Shown here: one piece after another, positions 10,476 to 19,898 of the stretch | How positions within the stretch are numbered: the first letter of the stretch is position 1 | Layout of the letters: every line of letters begins with the position of its first letter | NCBI GenBank assembly: GCA_044869275.1 | Contig: JBIOXB010000139.1 | Location: forward strand, 1-64,000 | Reading direction: 5' to 3' | Length of the DNA: 64,000 nt | Origin: a bacterium | GTDB lineage: Bacteria; Zhuqueibacterota; Zhuqueibacteria; Zhuqueibacterales; Zhuqueibacteraceae | The notes under the pieces: model-generated | What the model was told of the DNA's origin: nothing | Seen by the model: only the letters and a program-made list of their open reading frames with translations | The model's database searches: none | Program-made: the position numbers and the translations under genes

Positions 10476-11192
10476 TCAAACCGTGGCGGACAAAATACGC
10501 GCGCCCAATTCGCGATAGAGTTTTTGCAGAGCAGCCGCGTCGCTGAACACGCGGCTGGGAAAGACTCTCTCCCCGGTTTCTTGCTCCAGCAGCTGGCAGG
10601 TATCGAGCGACAGTTCGTCGCCCAACACCATGCGATTCTTGTATCGTCCGAACTCCAGTGCGATACTCTCCAATTTGAACCCGCGGCGCGCGAAAAACGA
10701 TTTCACGATCACGTTAATCTTGTTCGAATAGCGCTCGAGGATGTGCAGATCCGGCGAGGTGATCAGCCCTGTGGCCAACACATCGTTGCGGCTGGGAAAA
10801 TCATCCCGGCGCGCCTCATCTTTGAAGCGGTATTCCACCACCGGCTTTTCGAGAGCTTTTCCCTCCTTGAGGCCGGCGCGCTTGGCCAGGGCGGAGCCTA
10901 CGGCATTGTGCACAACGAGCGTGAGCGGAATCATCTCGAGTGTGCGCACCGTCATGCTGTCCCTGGTCAGGAGTTCGACAAAATGTGTTGGAATATGATA
11001 GCTTTCCACATAACGGCACAGCCGCGCAGAGATTTTATTGTTGATTTCGCCCTTGCCTTCCACCGCCAGCACCTTGTTGCTGGACAGTGCGGCTTCATCG
11101 CGAAAGGTTAGAATCAGTTGCTCGGGCGCTTCGGTCTCATAAAGCGTTTTGGTTCTGCCTTCGTAGAGCTTCTTCTTCTTTTTGGCAGACAT
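10476..11192 (-). CDS. purC: SAICAR synthetase (divergent, several conserved residues replaced)
   Basis: LYEG, GKGEINNKIS, IPTHF, LEFG, DEL motifs; located between purB and purS/Q; start MSAKKK. Confidence 0.8.
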   Translation of the reverse strand: MSAKKKKKLYEGRTKTLYETEAPEQLILTFRDEAALSSNKVLAVEGKGEINNKISARLCRYVESYHIPTHFVELLTRDSMTVRTLEMIPLTLVVHNAVGSALAKRAGLKEGKALEKPVVEYRFKDEARRDDFPSRNDVLATGLITSPDLHILERYSNKINVIVKSFFARRGFKLESIALEFGRYKNRMVLGDELSLDTCQLLEQETGERVFPSRVFSDAAALQKLYRELGARILSATV

Positions 11193-11274
11193 TACGACTC
11201 CCTGTGAATGGACGAATTTGCTCGGTGTCTCCGAAGATTGCGTGATCCGGCGGGCGACGGCAAACGCAATCCGT

Positions 11275-12594
11275 TCAATCCAGCTCCACGCGTGAAAAAA
11301 TCGCGTCCACGTGCCGCAGCTGTCTCTGTAAATCGAAACACTGCGCGAGTTCGGCCGCGGAGAGGTACTGGCGGACTTTCGGGTCGTCTTGCAGGCGCGT
11401 TTGGAAGCGCGGTTCCGCGCTGGGCCATGCGCCCTGCTGTTCGCGCCACACCTCCAGGGCATGCGCCTGCACCAGCGCGTAGGCCTCTTCGCGTGCCATG
11501 CCCTTTTGCGTCAGCGCGAGCAGGACTTGTTGCGAGAAGATCAAGCCTTCGGTGCGGGCGAGATTGCGCCGCATATTTTCGGGATACACGTGCAAACCGG
11601 CGACGACGCGCGTGAATTGATGCAGCATGTAGTCCAGCAGGGTGAAGCTATCCGGCAAAACCACGCGCTCGACCGAGCTGTGCGAGATATCGCGTTCATG
11701 CCACAGCGCAACGTTTTCCAGCGCGGCCAGGGCATGGCCGCGCAACACACGGGCCAGACCCGTCACGCGTTCGCAGATGATGGGGTTCCTTTTGTGCGGC
11801 ATGGCGGAGGAGCCCTTTTGCCCTTTGCCGAATGGCTCCTCGACCTCCAGAATTTCCGTGCGCTGCAAGCTGCGAATTTCCACTGCAAATTTTTCCAGCG
11901 AGGCGCCGATCAAGGCCAGCGTATTCAGTAGTTCCGCGTGCCGGTCGCGCTGCACGATTTGCGTGGAAATGGGCGCCGGCGACAAACCCAGCTTCGCGCA
12001 GACGTATTTTTCCACGAAGGGGTCGAGGTGCGCAAACGTGCCGACGGCACCGGAAATTTTCCCCACCGCCACTGCGCGCAAAGCTGCGCGCAAGCGCTCG
12101 CATTGCCGGCCGAGCTCGGCATACCACACCGCGAGTTTCAAGCCGAAAGTCGTGGGCTCGGCGTGCACGCCGTGGGAACGGCCGATGCAAACGGTGCGGC
12201 GATGCGCCAGCGCTTTGACTTTGATTTCTGACCGAAGGTTTTCGAGTTTGTCAAAGAGAAGGCTGCCGGCTTGTTGCATTAGCACTGCCAAAGCGGTATC
12301 CAGCAAATCCGAAGAAGTCAGGCCGAGATGAATATACCGGCCCTCCGGACCGGTGTGCTCATTGACGTTTGTGAGAAAAGCAATGACATCATGCTTGAGT
12401 GTTTCTTCCAGCTCCAACACACGCGGCAAATCGAAACGCGCACGCTGTTGAATAATAGCCAAAGCCTCGCGCGGGACAATGCCCAACTCCGCCTGCGCTT
12501 CGCAAGCCAGAAGTTCGACCTGCAGCCAAATGGCATATTTGTTTTCATCATTCCAAACTTGCCCCATTTCGGGGCTGGTGTAGCGCGGGATCAT
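11275..12594 (-). CDS. purB: Adenylosuccinate lyase
   Basis: MIPRY, HDVIAF, HLGLTSSD, GRSHGVHAEPTTFG, GSSAMPHKRNP, WHERDISHSSVER. Confidence 0.98.
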   Translation of the reverse strand: MIPRYTSPEMGQVWNDENKYAIWLQVELLACEAQAELGIVPREALAIIQQRARFDLPRVLELEETLKHDVIAFLTNVNEHTGPEGRYIHLGLTSSDLLDTALAVLMQQAGSLLFDKLENLRSEIKVKALAHRRTVCIGRSHGVHAEPTTFGLKLAVWYAELGRQCERLRAALRAVAVGKISGAVGTFAHLDPFVEKYVCAKLGLSPAPISTQIVQRDRHAELLNTLALIGASLEKFAVEIRSLQRTEILEVEEPFGKGQKGSSAMPHKRNPIICERVTGLARVLRGHALAALENVALWHERDISHSSVERVVLPDSFTLLDYMLHQFTRVVAGLHVYPENMRRNLARTEGLIFSQQVLLALTQKGMAREEAYALVQAHALEVWREQQGAWPSAEPRFQTRLQDDPKVRQYLSAAELAQCFDLQRQLRHVDAIFSRVELD

Positions 12595-12616
12595 TTGTTA
12601 TTGACGAGGATTTTTT

Positions 12617-12649
12617 AGACTCGCCCGGTTTTAAAAACCTGGCGGGTCT
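12617..12649. repeat. REP-like palindrome / possible terminator
   Basis: agactcgcccggtttt-aaaaacctggcgggtct imperfect inverted repeat flanked by T runs. Confidence 0.55.
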
Positions 12650-12653
12650 TTTT

Positions 12654-13304
12654 TCACATGGACTGTTTGACTTTTTCCCAATCTTCGAGAAAACGCCGCA
12701 GGCCGATGTCCGTCAAGGGATGATCGAACAATTGGTCGAAAACTTTCGCCGGCAAGGTGGAAATATCCGCGCCCGCGAGCGCCGCTTCAATGACGTGCAC
12801 GGGGTTGCGCAGGCTCGCCGCCAGCACTTCGGTTTCGAATTCATAATTATCGAAGATGGCCACAATCTGCCGCACCAAATCCATGCCGACGTGACCCACG
12901 TCATCGAGACGGCCCAAGAACGGGCTGACATAAGACGCGCCTGCCTTCGCCGCCAACAGCGCTTGTGTCGGGCTGAAGATGAGCGTGACGTTGGTGCGAA
13001 TCTTTTCATTTGCCAATTTGCGCACCGCCACCATGCCCTCGCGCGTCATCGGAACCTTCACGATGATGTTGGGATGGATCTTGGCGAGGTCGCGGCCTTC
13101 CTTGACCATGCCTTCGGCCTCCGTGGAAACGACCTCGGCATTGACCGGGCCGGGAACCACTTCACAAATGTTGCGCACAATGTCCTTGAACGCGCCTTTT
13201 TCTTTCGAGATCAGCGTGGGATTGGTGGTCACCCCGTCGAGCAAACCCATCGCTGCGATTTTTTTGATTTCAGCGAGATTAGCAGTGTCGAGAAAGAGCT
13301 TCAT
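12654..13304 (-). CDS. tal: Transaldolase / fructose-6-phosphate aldolase family
   Basis: [18 protein letters not shown] Schiff-base Lys, [25 protein letters not shown]. Confidence 0.93.
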   Translation of the reverse strand: MKLFLDTANLAEIKKIAAMGLLDGVTTNPTLISKEKGAFKDIVRNICEVVPGPVNAEVVSTEAEGMVKEGRDLAKIHPNIIVKVPMTREGMVAVRKLANEKIRTNVTLIFSPTQALLAAKAGASYVSPFLGRLDDVGHVGMDLVRQIVAIFDNYEFETEVLAASLRNPVHVIEAALAGADISTLPAKVFDQLFDHPLTDIGLRRFLEDWEKVKQSM

Positions 13305-13399
13305 ATGAACCTCCGCGAAAAATTTTGACTAAAGCGTTGCACCGAACCATCCAAACAATTCAAACCTGCTGATACCCTCGGGCAGCAGGAAAGCGCCCG

Positions 13400-14197
13400 C
13401 TATTGCACATCCTCGGCACCTTCTTGCTCCTCCTCCCTTGGTTCCGCCATCACCTCAAAATTCATGGGCGGATAATATACTTTCTCCAGAAACAGCCCAT
13501 GCGGCGGCGCGGTCATGCCCGCCGCGACACGTTGTTGTCGTTCCAAAATGACCGCGACCTGTTCCGGCGCCAGGCGTCCGCGTCCCACTTCGATCAGCGT
13601 GCCCACGATAATGCGCACCATGCCGCGCAAAAAGCGATTGGCGCGAATGCGCATGGAAATCTTCTCGCCACTGTCCCGCCATTCGAAAGCTTCCACGCGG
13701 CTGAGATAGTGCGGGTCTTCCGTGGCGCTGCTGCAGAAGGCGCGAAAATTGTGCTCGCCGACCAGATGCCGCGCGCCCTGCTGCATCAGCTCCAGCGCCA
13801 GCGGAAATTTGCAGAAATAGGCGTAACCCCGGCCCACTGCGACCGGATAGCGGCTGAGCACGTAGCGATATTGCCGGCTCAAGGCGTCGAAGCGCGCGTG
13901 AAAGTGTGGCGGCGCAATTTCGGCGCGCTTCACCACCACGTCACGCGACAGAATACCATTCAAAGAACGCGGCAGGCTGGCCGGGGCAATGGCAGCAGCG
14001 GTTTGAAAATTGATCACCTGGCCGCAAGCATGCACGCCCGCGTCGGTGCGGCCCGCGACATTCACATGCGTTTTTTCGCGCAACAAAACCTCCAGCGCGC
14101 GCTCCACTTCGCTCTGCACCGTGCGCAATTGCGGTTGGTATTGCCAGCCATAGAACTTGCTGCCGTCGTATTCCAAAGTCAGTTTGAAATTTAGCAT
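13400..14197 (-). CDS. truA: tRNA pseudouridine(38-40) synthase
   Basis: YDGSKFYGWQ, AGRTDAGVHA, FHARFDA, FLRGMVRIIVG, TAPPHGLFL. Confidence 0.97.
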   Translation of the reverse strand: MLNFKLTLEYDGSKFYGWQYQPQLRTVQSEVERALEVLLREKTHVNVAGRTDAGVHACGQVINFQTAAAIAPASLPRSLNGILSRDVVVKRAEIAPPHFHARFDALSRQYRYVLSRYPVAVGRGYAYFCKFPLALELMQQGARHLVGEHNFRAFCSSATEDPHYLSRVEAFEWRDSGEKISMRIRANRFLRGMVRIIVGTLIEVGRGRLAPEQVAVILERQQRVAAGMTAPPHGLFLEKVYYPPMNFEVMAEPREEEQEGAEDVQ

Positions 14198-14219
14198 GCT
14201 CTGGTGCAGCGCTAAAAAC

Positions 14220-15026
14220 TCACAAATGGCCCGCTGAGACCGCCACAGTCAAGGCACTGATGGTGATCAAACCCAATGCCGCTTGCCAGTCCCGCCGGTG
14301 AAAAGCCAGCTCGCGATAAGCCACCCTGGGCGCACCGCCATCATAACAGCGCGCGGCCAAGGCCACCGCCAGCTCATCCGCGCGATTGAAAGCCGACACG
14401 AACAACGGCACCAGCATGGGAACCAAAGCCTGCAAGCGTTGCAGCACGCCGCCGGTGAACTGCGCGCCGCGCGACATTTGCGCGCGTTGAATGCGCTGCG
14501 CTTCTGCAACGATGACCGGCACGAAGCGCAGGGCGAGCGAGGTCATAAACGCCATTTCATGCACGGGCAGGCGCCAGCGCCGCAGCGGTTTCAGCAATCG
14601 CTCCACGCCCTCGGTCAATTCCGTGGGAATCGTGGTATAGGAGAGCAACGCCGCAATGACGATCAACAATGCCAGGCGCGAGGCATACTTCAAACCGGTG
14701 ACGCAACCGGGCCATGAAATGGAAATGCCCCACACTTTCCAATGAGGGGCCGCAGGATTACTGAAGGCGTGAATCGCGATCGTAATGCCGAACAACCACA
14801 AAAAGGCGCGCAGATTATTCGCAAATAAATGTGGAGGAATTTGCGTTGAAAAAATCACGCCGGCCAATACGAGCAGCCACAACAGCAACGCCGCCCACTC
14901 GTTCACGATCATGATCATGGCCATTGCAGCCACCCCCAGTACCAGCTTGGTGCGCGGGTCAAGCTGGTGCAGCCACGACGAACCCGGATAGTATCTTCCC
15001 AGCGTGAGATTCTGCCACACACTCAT
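14220..15026 (-). CDS. ecfT: ECF transporter transmembrane component
   Basis: GRYYPGSSWLHQLDPRTKL, LALRFVP, AQMSRG and ALAARCY X-R-X motifs; upstream of truA. Confidence 0.9.
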   Translation of the reverse strand: MSVWQNLTLGRYYPGSSWLHQLDPRTKLVLGVAAMAMIMIVNEWAALLLWLLVLAGVIFSTQIPPHLFANNLRAFLWLFGITIAIHAFSNPAAPHWKVWGISISWPGCVTGLKYASRLALLIVIAALLSYTTIPTELTEGVERLLKPLRRWRLPVHEMAFMTSLALRFVPVIVAEAQRIQRAQMSRGAQFTGGVLQRLQALVPMLVPLFVSAFNRADELAVALAARCYDGGAPRVAYRELAFHRRDWQAALGLITISALTVAVSAGHL

Positions 15027-15106
15027 AAATTGAAGTTTTTCGAGCAAATATAGAAAATCTTTCCTGAAAAACAAACAAAAAACTCCGGCGCGCCCGGATT
15101 TTCCGC

Positions 15107-15135
15107 TTGACTTTGGGAGCGATTCATGATATTTT
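15107..15135 (+). promoter_or_regulatory. Candidate sigma70 promoter for the OPT operon
   Basis: TTGACT (15107-12), 17-bp spacer, TGnTATTTT extended -10 (15127-35). Confidence 0.55.
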
Positions 15136-15169
15136 TGCAGCCGCTTTAATTTTAACCTGTTCTACAACG

Positions 15170-15400
15170 ATGCCGGCTCGTGATGGTCACTTGAGCGCGC
15201 ATCGCCAGGTTGAAAGTCCTTCCACAGACAGGATACGCTGTGGGAAGTAAGTTAGGAAACCTAACTTGTTCCACGGCGGTTTCCCTCCCGCGGACCTATC
15301 AAAAGCTATCAGACTTTTCCAACGTGAGCTGTACCATTTTTGCGGCATGCACGCGCACGCGCCTGGTGATGCAAGTGAAACGATCAACCCCACGTAGCTA
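15170..15400 (+). ncRNA. Candidate structured leader RNA / riboswitch of unknown class
   Basis: Nested helices 15188-93/15372-77, 15199-209/15362-72, 15209-18/15312-23, 15219-27/15238-47, 15249-56/15260-67. Confidence 0.5.
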
Positions 15401-15421
15401 ATCTTTTCGCAGGGAGGAAAG

Positions 15422-17488
15422 ATGGAGACGAAAACCGCGCCGCCTGTTTCCGAAGCCAAGTTCAAACCGTTCATTCCCGACCAACAGATTATTCCAGAGT
15501 TCACGCCGAAGGCCATCATCACCGGCGCGCTGTTCGGCATTCTTTTTGGCGCGGCAACGGTCTATTTGGCGTTGAAAGCCGGCTTGACGGTATCGGCCTC
15601 AATTCCTATCGCGGTGCTGGCGATCTCACTCGGCCGCAAATTTCTCAAAACCACGATCCTCGAAAACAACATCATCCAGACCACAGGCTCCGCGGGCGAA
15701 TCGATTGCCGCCGGCGTCGTCTTTACGCTGCCCGCTTTTTTGTTTATGTCAATGGCGGAAAGCGGCGCGAGCGTGGGCGCGCCGTTCTTCAAGTACTTGA
15801 CCATCTTCACGCTCGCGGCGCTGGGCGGCATGCTCGGCACGATGATGATGATTCCCTTGCGCCGCTCGTTGATTGTAAAAGAACACGGCGTGCTGCCCTA
15901 TCCCGAAGGCACGGCGTGCGCCAGCGTGTTGATTGCGGGCGAAAAGGGCGGCGATTTTGCCAAGACGGCCTATCAGGGCCTGGGCTTCGCCATCGCGTAC
16001 GCCATGCTGCAAAAAGTTTTTCACGTCATCGCCGAAACGCCGGCATGGGTGACGAAGCAAACCAACAAGTATTTTCCCTCGGCCACGTTGAATGCTGAAG
16101 TCACGCCGGAGTATTTGGGCGTGGGTTATATCATCGGTCCAAAAATCGCAGGCGTATTGGTGGCCGGCGGCGTGCTCGGCTGGCTGGGATTAATTCCGCT
16201 GCTCGCTTCCGTGGTGCCGGCAGACACCATCGCGCAGCAACTGGTGAAGCTGGGCTATTTGAAAGATTTGCTCACCGGCGGCGGCCCGGGCAGTTGGGAC
16301 CCGGCGACGCACACGTTCAGCAACACCGCGGCGGCGATCTACCGCGCGTACGTGCGCCAAATCGGTGCGGGCGCAGTGGCCGCGGGCGGCTTCATCACGC
16401 TGCTGAAAACCATCCCCACCATCGTTTCCTCCTTTAAAGAAAGCCTGGCGTCAATAAAGGAAGGCAGCGCGGCCGGTATTTCACGCACGGAGCGCGATTT
16501 GTCGTTCAAAACGGTGATTTTCGGAAGTCTCGGCTTGGTGTTGTTGATGGCGATATTGCCACAAATTCCCGGCGATTCCATTATCAACAAATTGTTGCTC
16601 GGCGTGCTGGTGGTAATCTTTGGATTTTTCTTCGTTACGGTTTCCAGCCGCATCGTGGGCATCATCGGCACCAGCTCCAATCCGATCTCCGGCATGACCA
16701 TCGCGACGCTGATGGGCACGGCGCTGGTGTTCATCGCCGTGGGCTGGACCGGAATCGCTTATGAGCCCATGGCGCTCGTCGTGGGCAGCATGATTTGCAT
16801 CGCGGCGGCAAACGGCGGCGCCACCTCGCAAGACTTGAAAACCGGCTATATTGTCGGCGCAACGCCCAAATACCAGCAAATGGGCTTGTTCGTCGGCGCC
16901 GTGGTTTCTTCCATCGTCATCGGCGCGACGTTGATCTTGTTGGATTCACCGACGACTGAAATGGCGGCGCAAGGAATTCAACACGCGATTGGCAGCGACA
17001 AATTTCCGGCGCCGCAAGGCACGTTGATGGCCACGCTCGTCAAGGGCCTGCTCTCGTTCAACCTTGATTGGCAATTCGTGCTCGTGGGCGTATTTCTCTC
17101 AATCACGATGGAGTTGTGCGGCGTGAAATCGCTTTCTTTCGCCGTGGGCGCGTATCTGCCGCTTTCCACGACTTTGCCGATTTTCATCGGCGGCGCCATC
17201 AAAGGGATTGCCGATTGGCAAGCAAAGCAAAAGCACGAAGAAACTGAAGATGCGGAGTTGGGCCGAGGTAGTTTGTTCGCCACGGGCTTGGTGGCGGGAG
17301 GCGCACTGGCCGGCGTCATCGTCGCTTTGCTGTCGGTCAATGACAACATCTTCAATGCCCTGCAAAAACTGAGCGCCGAGCACGGATTGACTGGCATGCT
17401 CAGCGGCAGCGGCTACTATCTGCTCGGCACGCTGTTTTTCGCATTCATGGGATGGACGCTGTATCGCGTGGCGCGCAAGAAGATATGA
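15422..17488 (+). CDS. OPT family oligopeptide transporter
   Basis: YLALKAGLTVSASIP, LENNIIQT, LPYPEGTAC, SSNPISGMTIATL, SQDLKTG, PAPQGTLM; GGGAGG RBS. Confidence 0.95.
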   Translation: METKTAPPVSEAKFKPFIPDQQIIPEFTPKAIITGALFGILFGAATVYLALKAGLTVSASIPIAVLAISLGRKFLKTTILENNIIQTTGSAGESIAAGVVFTLPAFLFMSMAESGASVGAPFFKYLTIFTLAALGGMLGTMMMIPLRRSLIVKEHGVLPYPEGTACASVLIAGEKGGDFAKTAYQGLGFAIAYAMLQKVFHVIAETPAWVTKQTNKYFPSATLNAEVTPEYLGVGYIIGPKIAGVLVAGGVLGWLGLIPLLASVVPADTIAQQLVKLGYLKDLLTGGGPGSWDPATHTFSNTAAAIYRAYVRQIGAGAVAAGGFITLLKTIPTIVSSFKESLASIKEGSAAGISRTERDLSFKTVIFGSLGLVLLMAILPQIPGDSIINKLLLGVLVVIFGFFFVTVSSRIVGIIGTSSNPISGMTIATLMGTALVFIAVGWTGIAYEPMALVVGSMICIAAANGGATSQDLKTGYIVGATPKYQQMGLFVGAVVSSIVIGATLILLDSPTTEMAAQGIQHAIGSDKFPAPQGTLMATLVKGLLSFNLDWQFVLVGVFLSITMELCGVKSLSFAVGAYLPLSTTLPIFIGGAIKGIADWQAKQKHEETEDAELGRGSLFATGLVAGGALAGVIVALLSVNDNIFNALQKLSAEHGLTGMLSGSGYYLLGTLFFAFMGWTLYRVARKKI

Positions 17489-18750
17489 AAATGGCGCCTG
17501 CAAGTCTCGGCAAAATTCTCGAACAAATAGCCGGCTACCACCACGCCTCGATTGAATTCCAGCGCCAGATTACGGCTATTCCCGCGCTTTCTCCGGAAAA
17601 CGGCGGCGAGGGTGAAAAACCAAAATCTGATTTTCTGCGTGCCTGGCTGCAGCAGCATTTAAGGCCGGATGATTTGCAGGAATATCGCGCGCCCGACGAT
17701 CGCGTCGCCAGCGGCTATCGACCGAATCTGGTGGCACGTTTCAACGGCCGTTCCACTGCCCGTACGGTATGGATCCTGTCGCATATGGATGTCGTGCCGC
17801 CAGGTGATATGTCGAAATGGACGGGTGATCCGTGGACCGTGCGCGTCGAGAAAGACAAGAAAGGCCAAACCAAACTGATCGGCCGCGGCACCGAAGACAA
17901 TCAAGCCGGGCTGGTCTCTTCGGTTTTCGCGGTAAAGGCTTTCCGTGATCTCGGCCTCAGTCCAGCCACGAACGTGGGTTTGGTTTTGGTGGCGGATGAA
18001 GAAACCGGCAGCACCTATGGCGCCAAGTATTTGCTCGATCGTCACCGGGATTTGTTCGGCAAAGAGGATCTCATCATCATTCCCGACGCCGGCGATGACA
18101 AGGGCACGGTCATCGAAGTCGCGGAAAAGAGCATTTTGTGGCTGCGTTTTCACACGCGCGGCATCCAAACGCACGGCTCGATACCAGAACGCGGCCGCAA
18201 TGCGCACAAGGCCGCGAGCTTTCTGGCCACGCGCTTGGACACGCTTTACAAGAAATTTGGCCGCCGTAACTCAATGTTCTCGCCACCCATCTCAACATTC
18301 GAGCCGACCAAACGTGAAGCCAACGTGCCCAACGTCAACACCATTCCCGGCGAAGACGTGATGTATTTTGATTGCCGCGTGCTGCCGGATTACAAAGTTG
18401 CCGCGGTGCTGCGCGAAGTGAAAAGCCTCGCGAAAGAAATCGAAAAACGGTTCGGCGTGAAGATCAAGATTTCTTCGCCCAATTCCGATCAGGCCGCACC
18501 ACCCACCGCCCCGGATGCGCCGGTGGTGCAGGCGCTCACGCGAGGCATTCGCGATCTGCGCAAACGGCGCGCGAGGCCAGTGGGGATCGGTGGGGGCACG
18601 GTCGCGGCATTCTTCCGGCGCCGCGGTATCCCCGCTGCCGTGTGGGCGACCATGGACGATACGGCGCACAGTCCCGATGAATATTGCCTCGTCGAACACA
18701 TGCTGGATGACGCCAAAGTTTTTGCGCACGTGTTCATGCAAGATAAATGA
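17485..18750 (+). CDS. M20 family metallohydrolase (DapE/ArgE-like)
   Basis: SHMDVVP, GRGTEDN, ADEETGS, dimerisation domain, TAHSPDEY; ATGA overlap with OPT stop. Confidence 0.92.
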   Translation: MKMAPASLGKILEQIAGYHHASIEFQRQITAIPALSPENGGEGEKPKSDFLRAWLQQHLRPDDLQEYRAPDDRVASGYRPNLVARFNGRSTARTVWILSHMDVVPPGDMSKWTGDPWTVRVEKDKKGQTKLIGRGTEDNQAGLVSSVFAVKAFRDLGLSPATNVGLVLVADEETGSTYGAKYLLDRHRDLFGKEDLIIIPDAGDDKGTVIEVAEKSILWLRFHTRGIQTHGSIPERGRNAHKAASFLATRLDTLYKKFGRRNSMFSPPISTFEPTKREANVPNVNTIPGEDVMYFDCRVLPDYKVAAVLREVKSLAKEIEKRFGVKIKISSPNSDQAAPPTAPDAPVVQALTRGIRDLRKRRARPVGIGGGTVAAFFRRRGIPAAVWATMDDTAHSPDEYCLVEHMLDDAKVFAHVFMQDK

Positions 18751-18800
18751 ATCCGCGCACTTTCGTGCCATTCTGGAAGAATCAGACGGTGAGGACAATC

Positions 18801-19898
18801 ATGGCGAAGCACAGAGCAACTGTAAAAAAGAAGCCAGGATCCACTGCTTCAAAAAAAGCCGTCACCAAGAAAACCGCTTCCGCAAAACGGCAAAAGGCAG
18901 AAGGTAAAAAGCAAGCGCCAGCAGTCATCACTTCGAAAAAATCACCGCACAAATTAGAAGCGGCGGCGCGCATCGCGCTGGTGGATTGCATGGCGGTGCA
19001 GTCCGGTGAGACCGTGATGATTCTCACCGACGAAAACAAACGCCATATTGGCGTCACCCTTTGGCAAGTCGCGAAAGAGTTGAACACCGAAGCGATTCTG
19101 GTGGAGATGGCGCCACGCTCGCGCAACGGAGAAGAGCCGCCGGCACCGGTGGCGGCGATGATGGCAATGAGCAGCGTGGTGTTATGCCCCACCACGAAAT
19201 CCGTCACGCATACCGCGGCACGACGCGAGGCGGTTATCCGCGGCGCGCGCATCGCGACACTGCCGGGCATTACGGAAGAAATGATGATTCGCTGTTTGCG
19301 CGCGGATTATGGCGCGATCGCGGCACGCAGCGTCCGCCTGTCTGAAGAATTGCAGAAAGCCCGGGAGGTTCACGTCACCAGCCCGGCGGGCACGGACATC
19401 GTCGTGCAGCGCGGCGACCGCTTTCCCAAGCCCGATACCGGCCTCTTTCATGACCCGGGGGATTCTGGCAATTTGCCCGCGGGCGAAACCTTCTTCGCGC
19501 CGCTCGAAGGCACCTCGCAAGGCGTGATCGTGTTTGAAGCAGCGGTGGCAGGCGTGGGCAAAATCAAGAAACCGATTCATATCGTGGTGCGCGACGGCAT
19601 GGCGGTGGAAATCACCGGCGGGCCGGAAGCGCAAAAGTTAAACGAGCTGGTCGATGCTGCCGGCCCTGCCGGCCGCAATCTCGCCGAGCTCGGCATCGGC
19701 ACCAACGACAAAGCGCAAATCACCGGCGTGATATTGGAAGATGAAAAAGTGATGGGCACCGTGCATTTCGCTTTGGGAGACAACAAATCCATGGGCGGTA
19801 ATGTGGCCGTCCCCAGCCATCTCGATGGGCTGATTTTGCGGCCCACGGTGCGCCTCGACGGCCGCGCCATTATGCAAGCGGGAAAATTGCTGATCTGA
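18801..19898 (+). CDS. M29-like (thermophilic metalloprotease) aminopeptidase with Lys/Ala-rich N-tail
   Basis: GEEPP, NLPAGE, NLAELGIG, ILEDEK, TVHFALG, HLDG; GAGGA RBS before 18801. Confidence 0.88.
   Translation: MAKHRATVKKKPGSTASKKAVTKKTASAKRQKAEGKKQAPAVITSKKSPHKLEAAARIALVDCMAVQSGETVMILTDENKRHIGVTLWQVAKELNTEAILVEMAPRSRNGEEPPAPVAAMMAMSSVVLCPTTKSVTHTAARREAVIRGARIATLPGITEEMMIRCLRADYGAIAARSVRLSEELQKAREVHVTSPAGTDIVVQRGDRFPKPDTGLFHDPGDSGNLPAGETFFAPLEGTSQGVIVFEAAVAGVGKIKKPIHIVVRDGMAVEITGGPEAQKLNELVDAAGPAGRNLAELGIGTNDKAQITGVILEDEKVMGTVHFALGDNKSMGGNVAVPSHLDGLILRPTVRLDGRAIMQAGKLLI

Noticed and set aside
15208..15220. RNase P RNA (GAAAGTCC word)
   Set aside because: Lacks the other universally conserved RNase P regions and the element is too short
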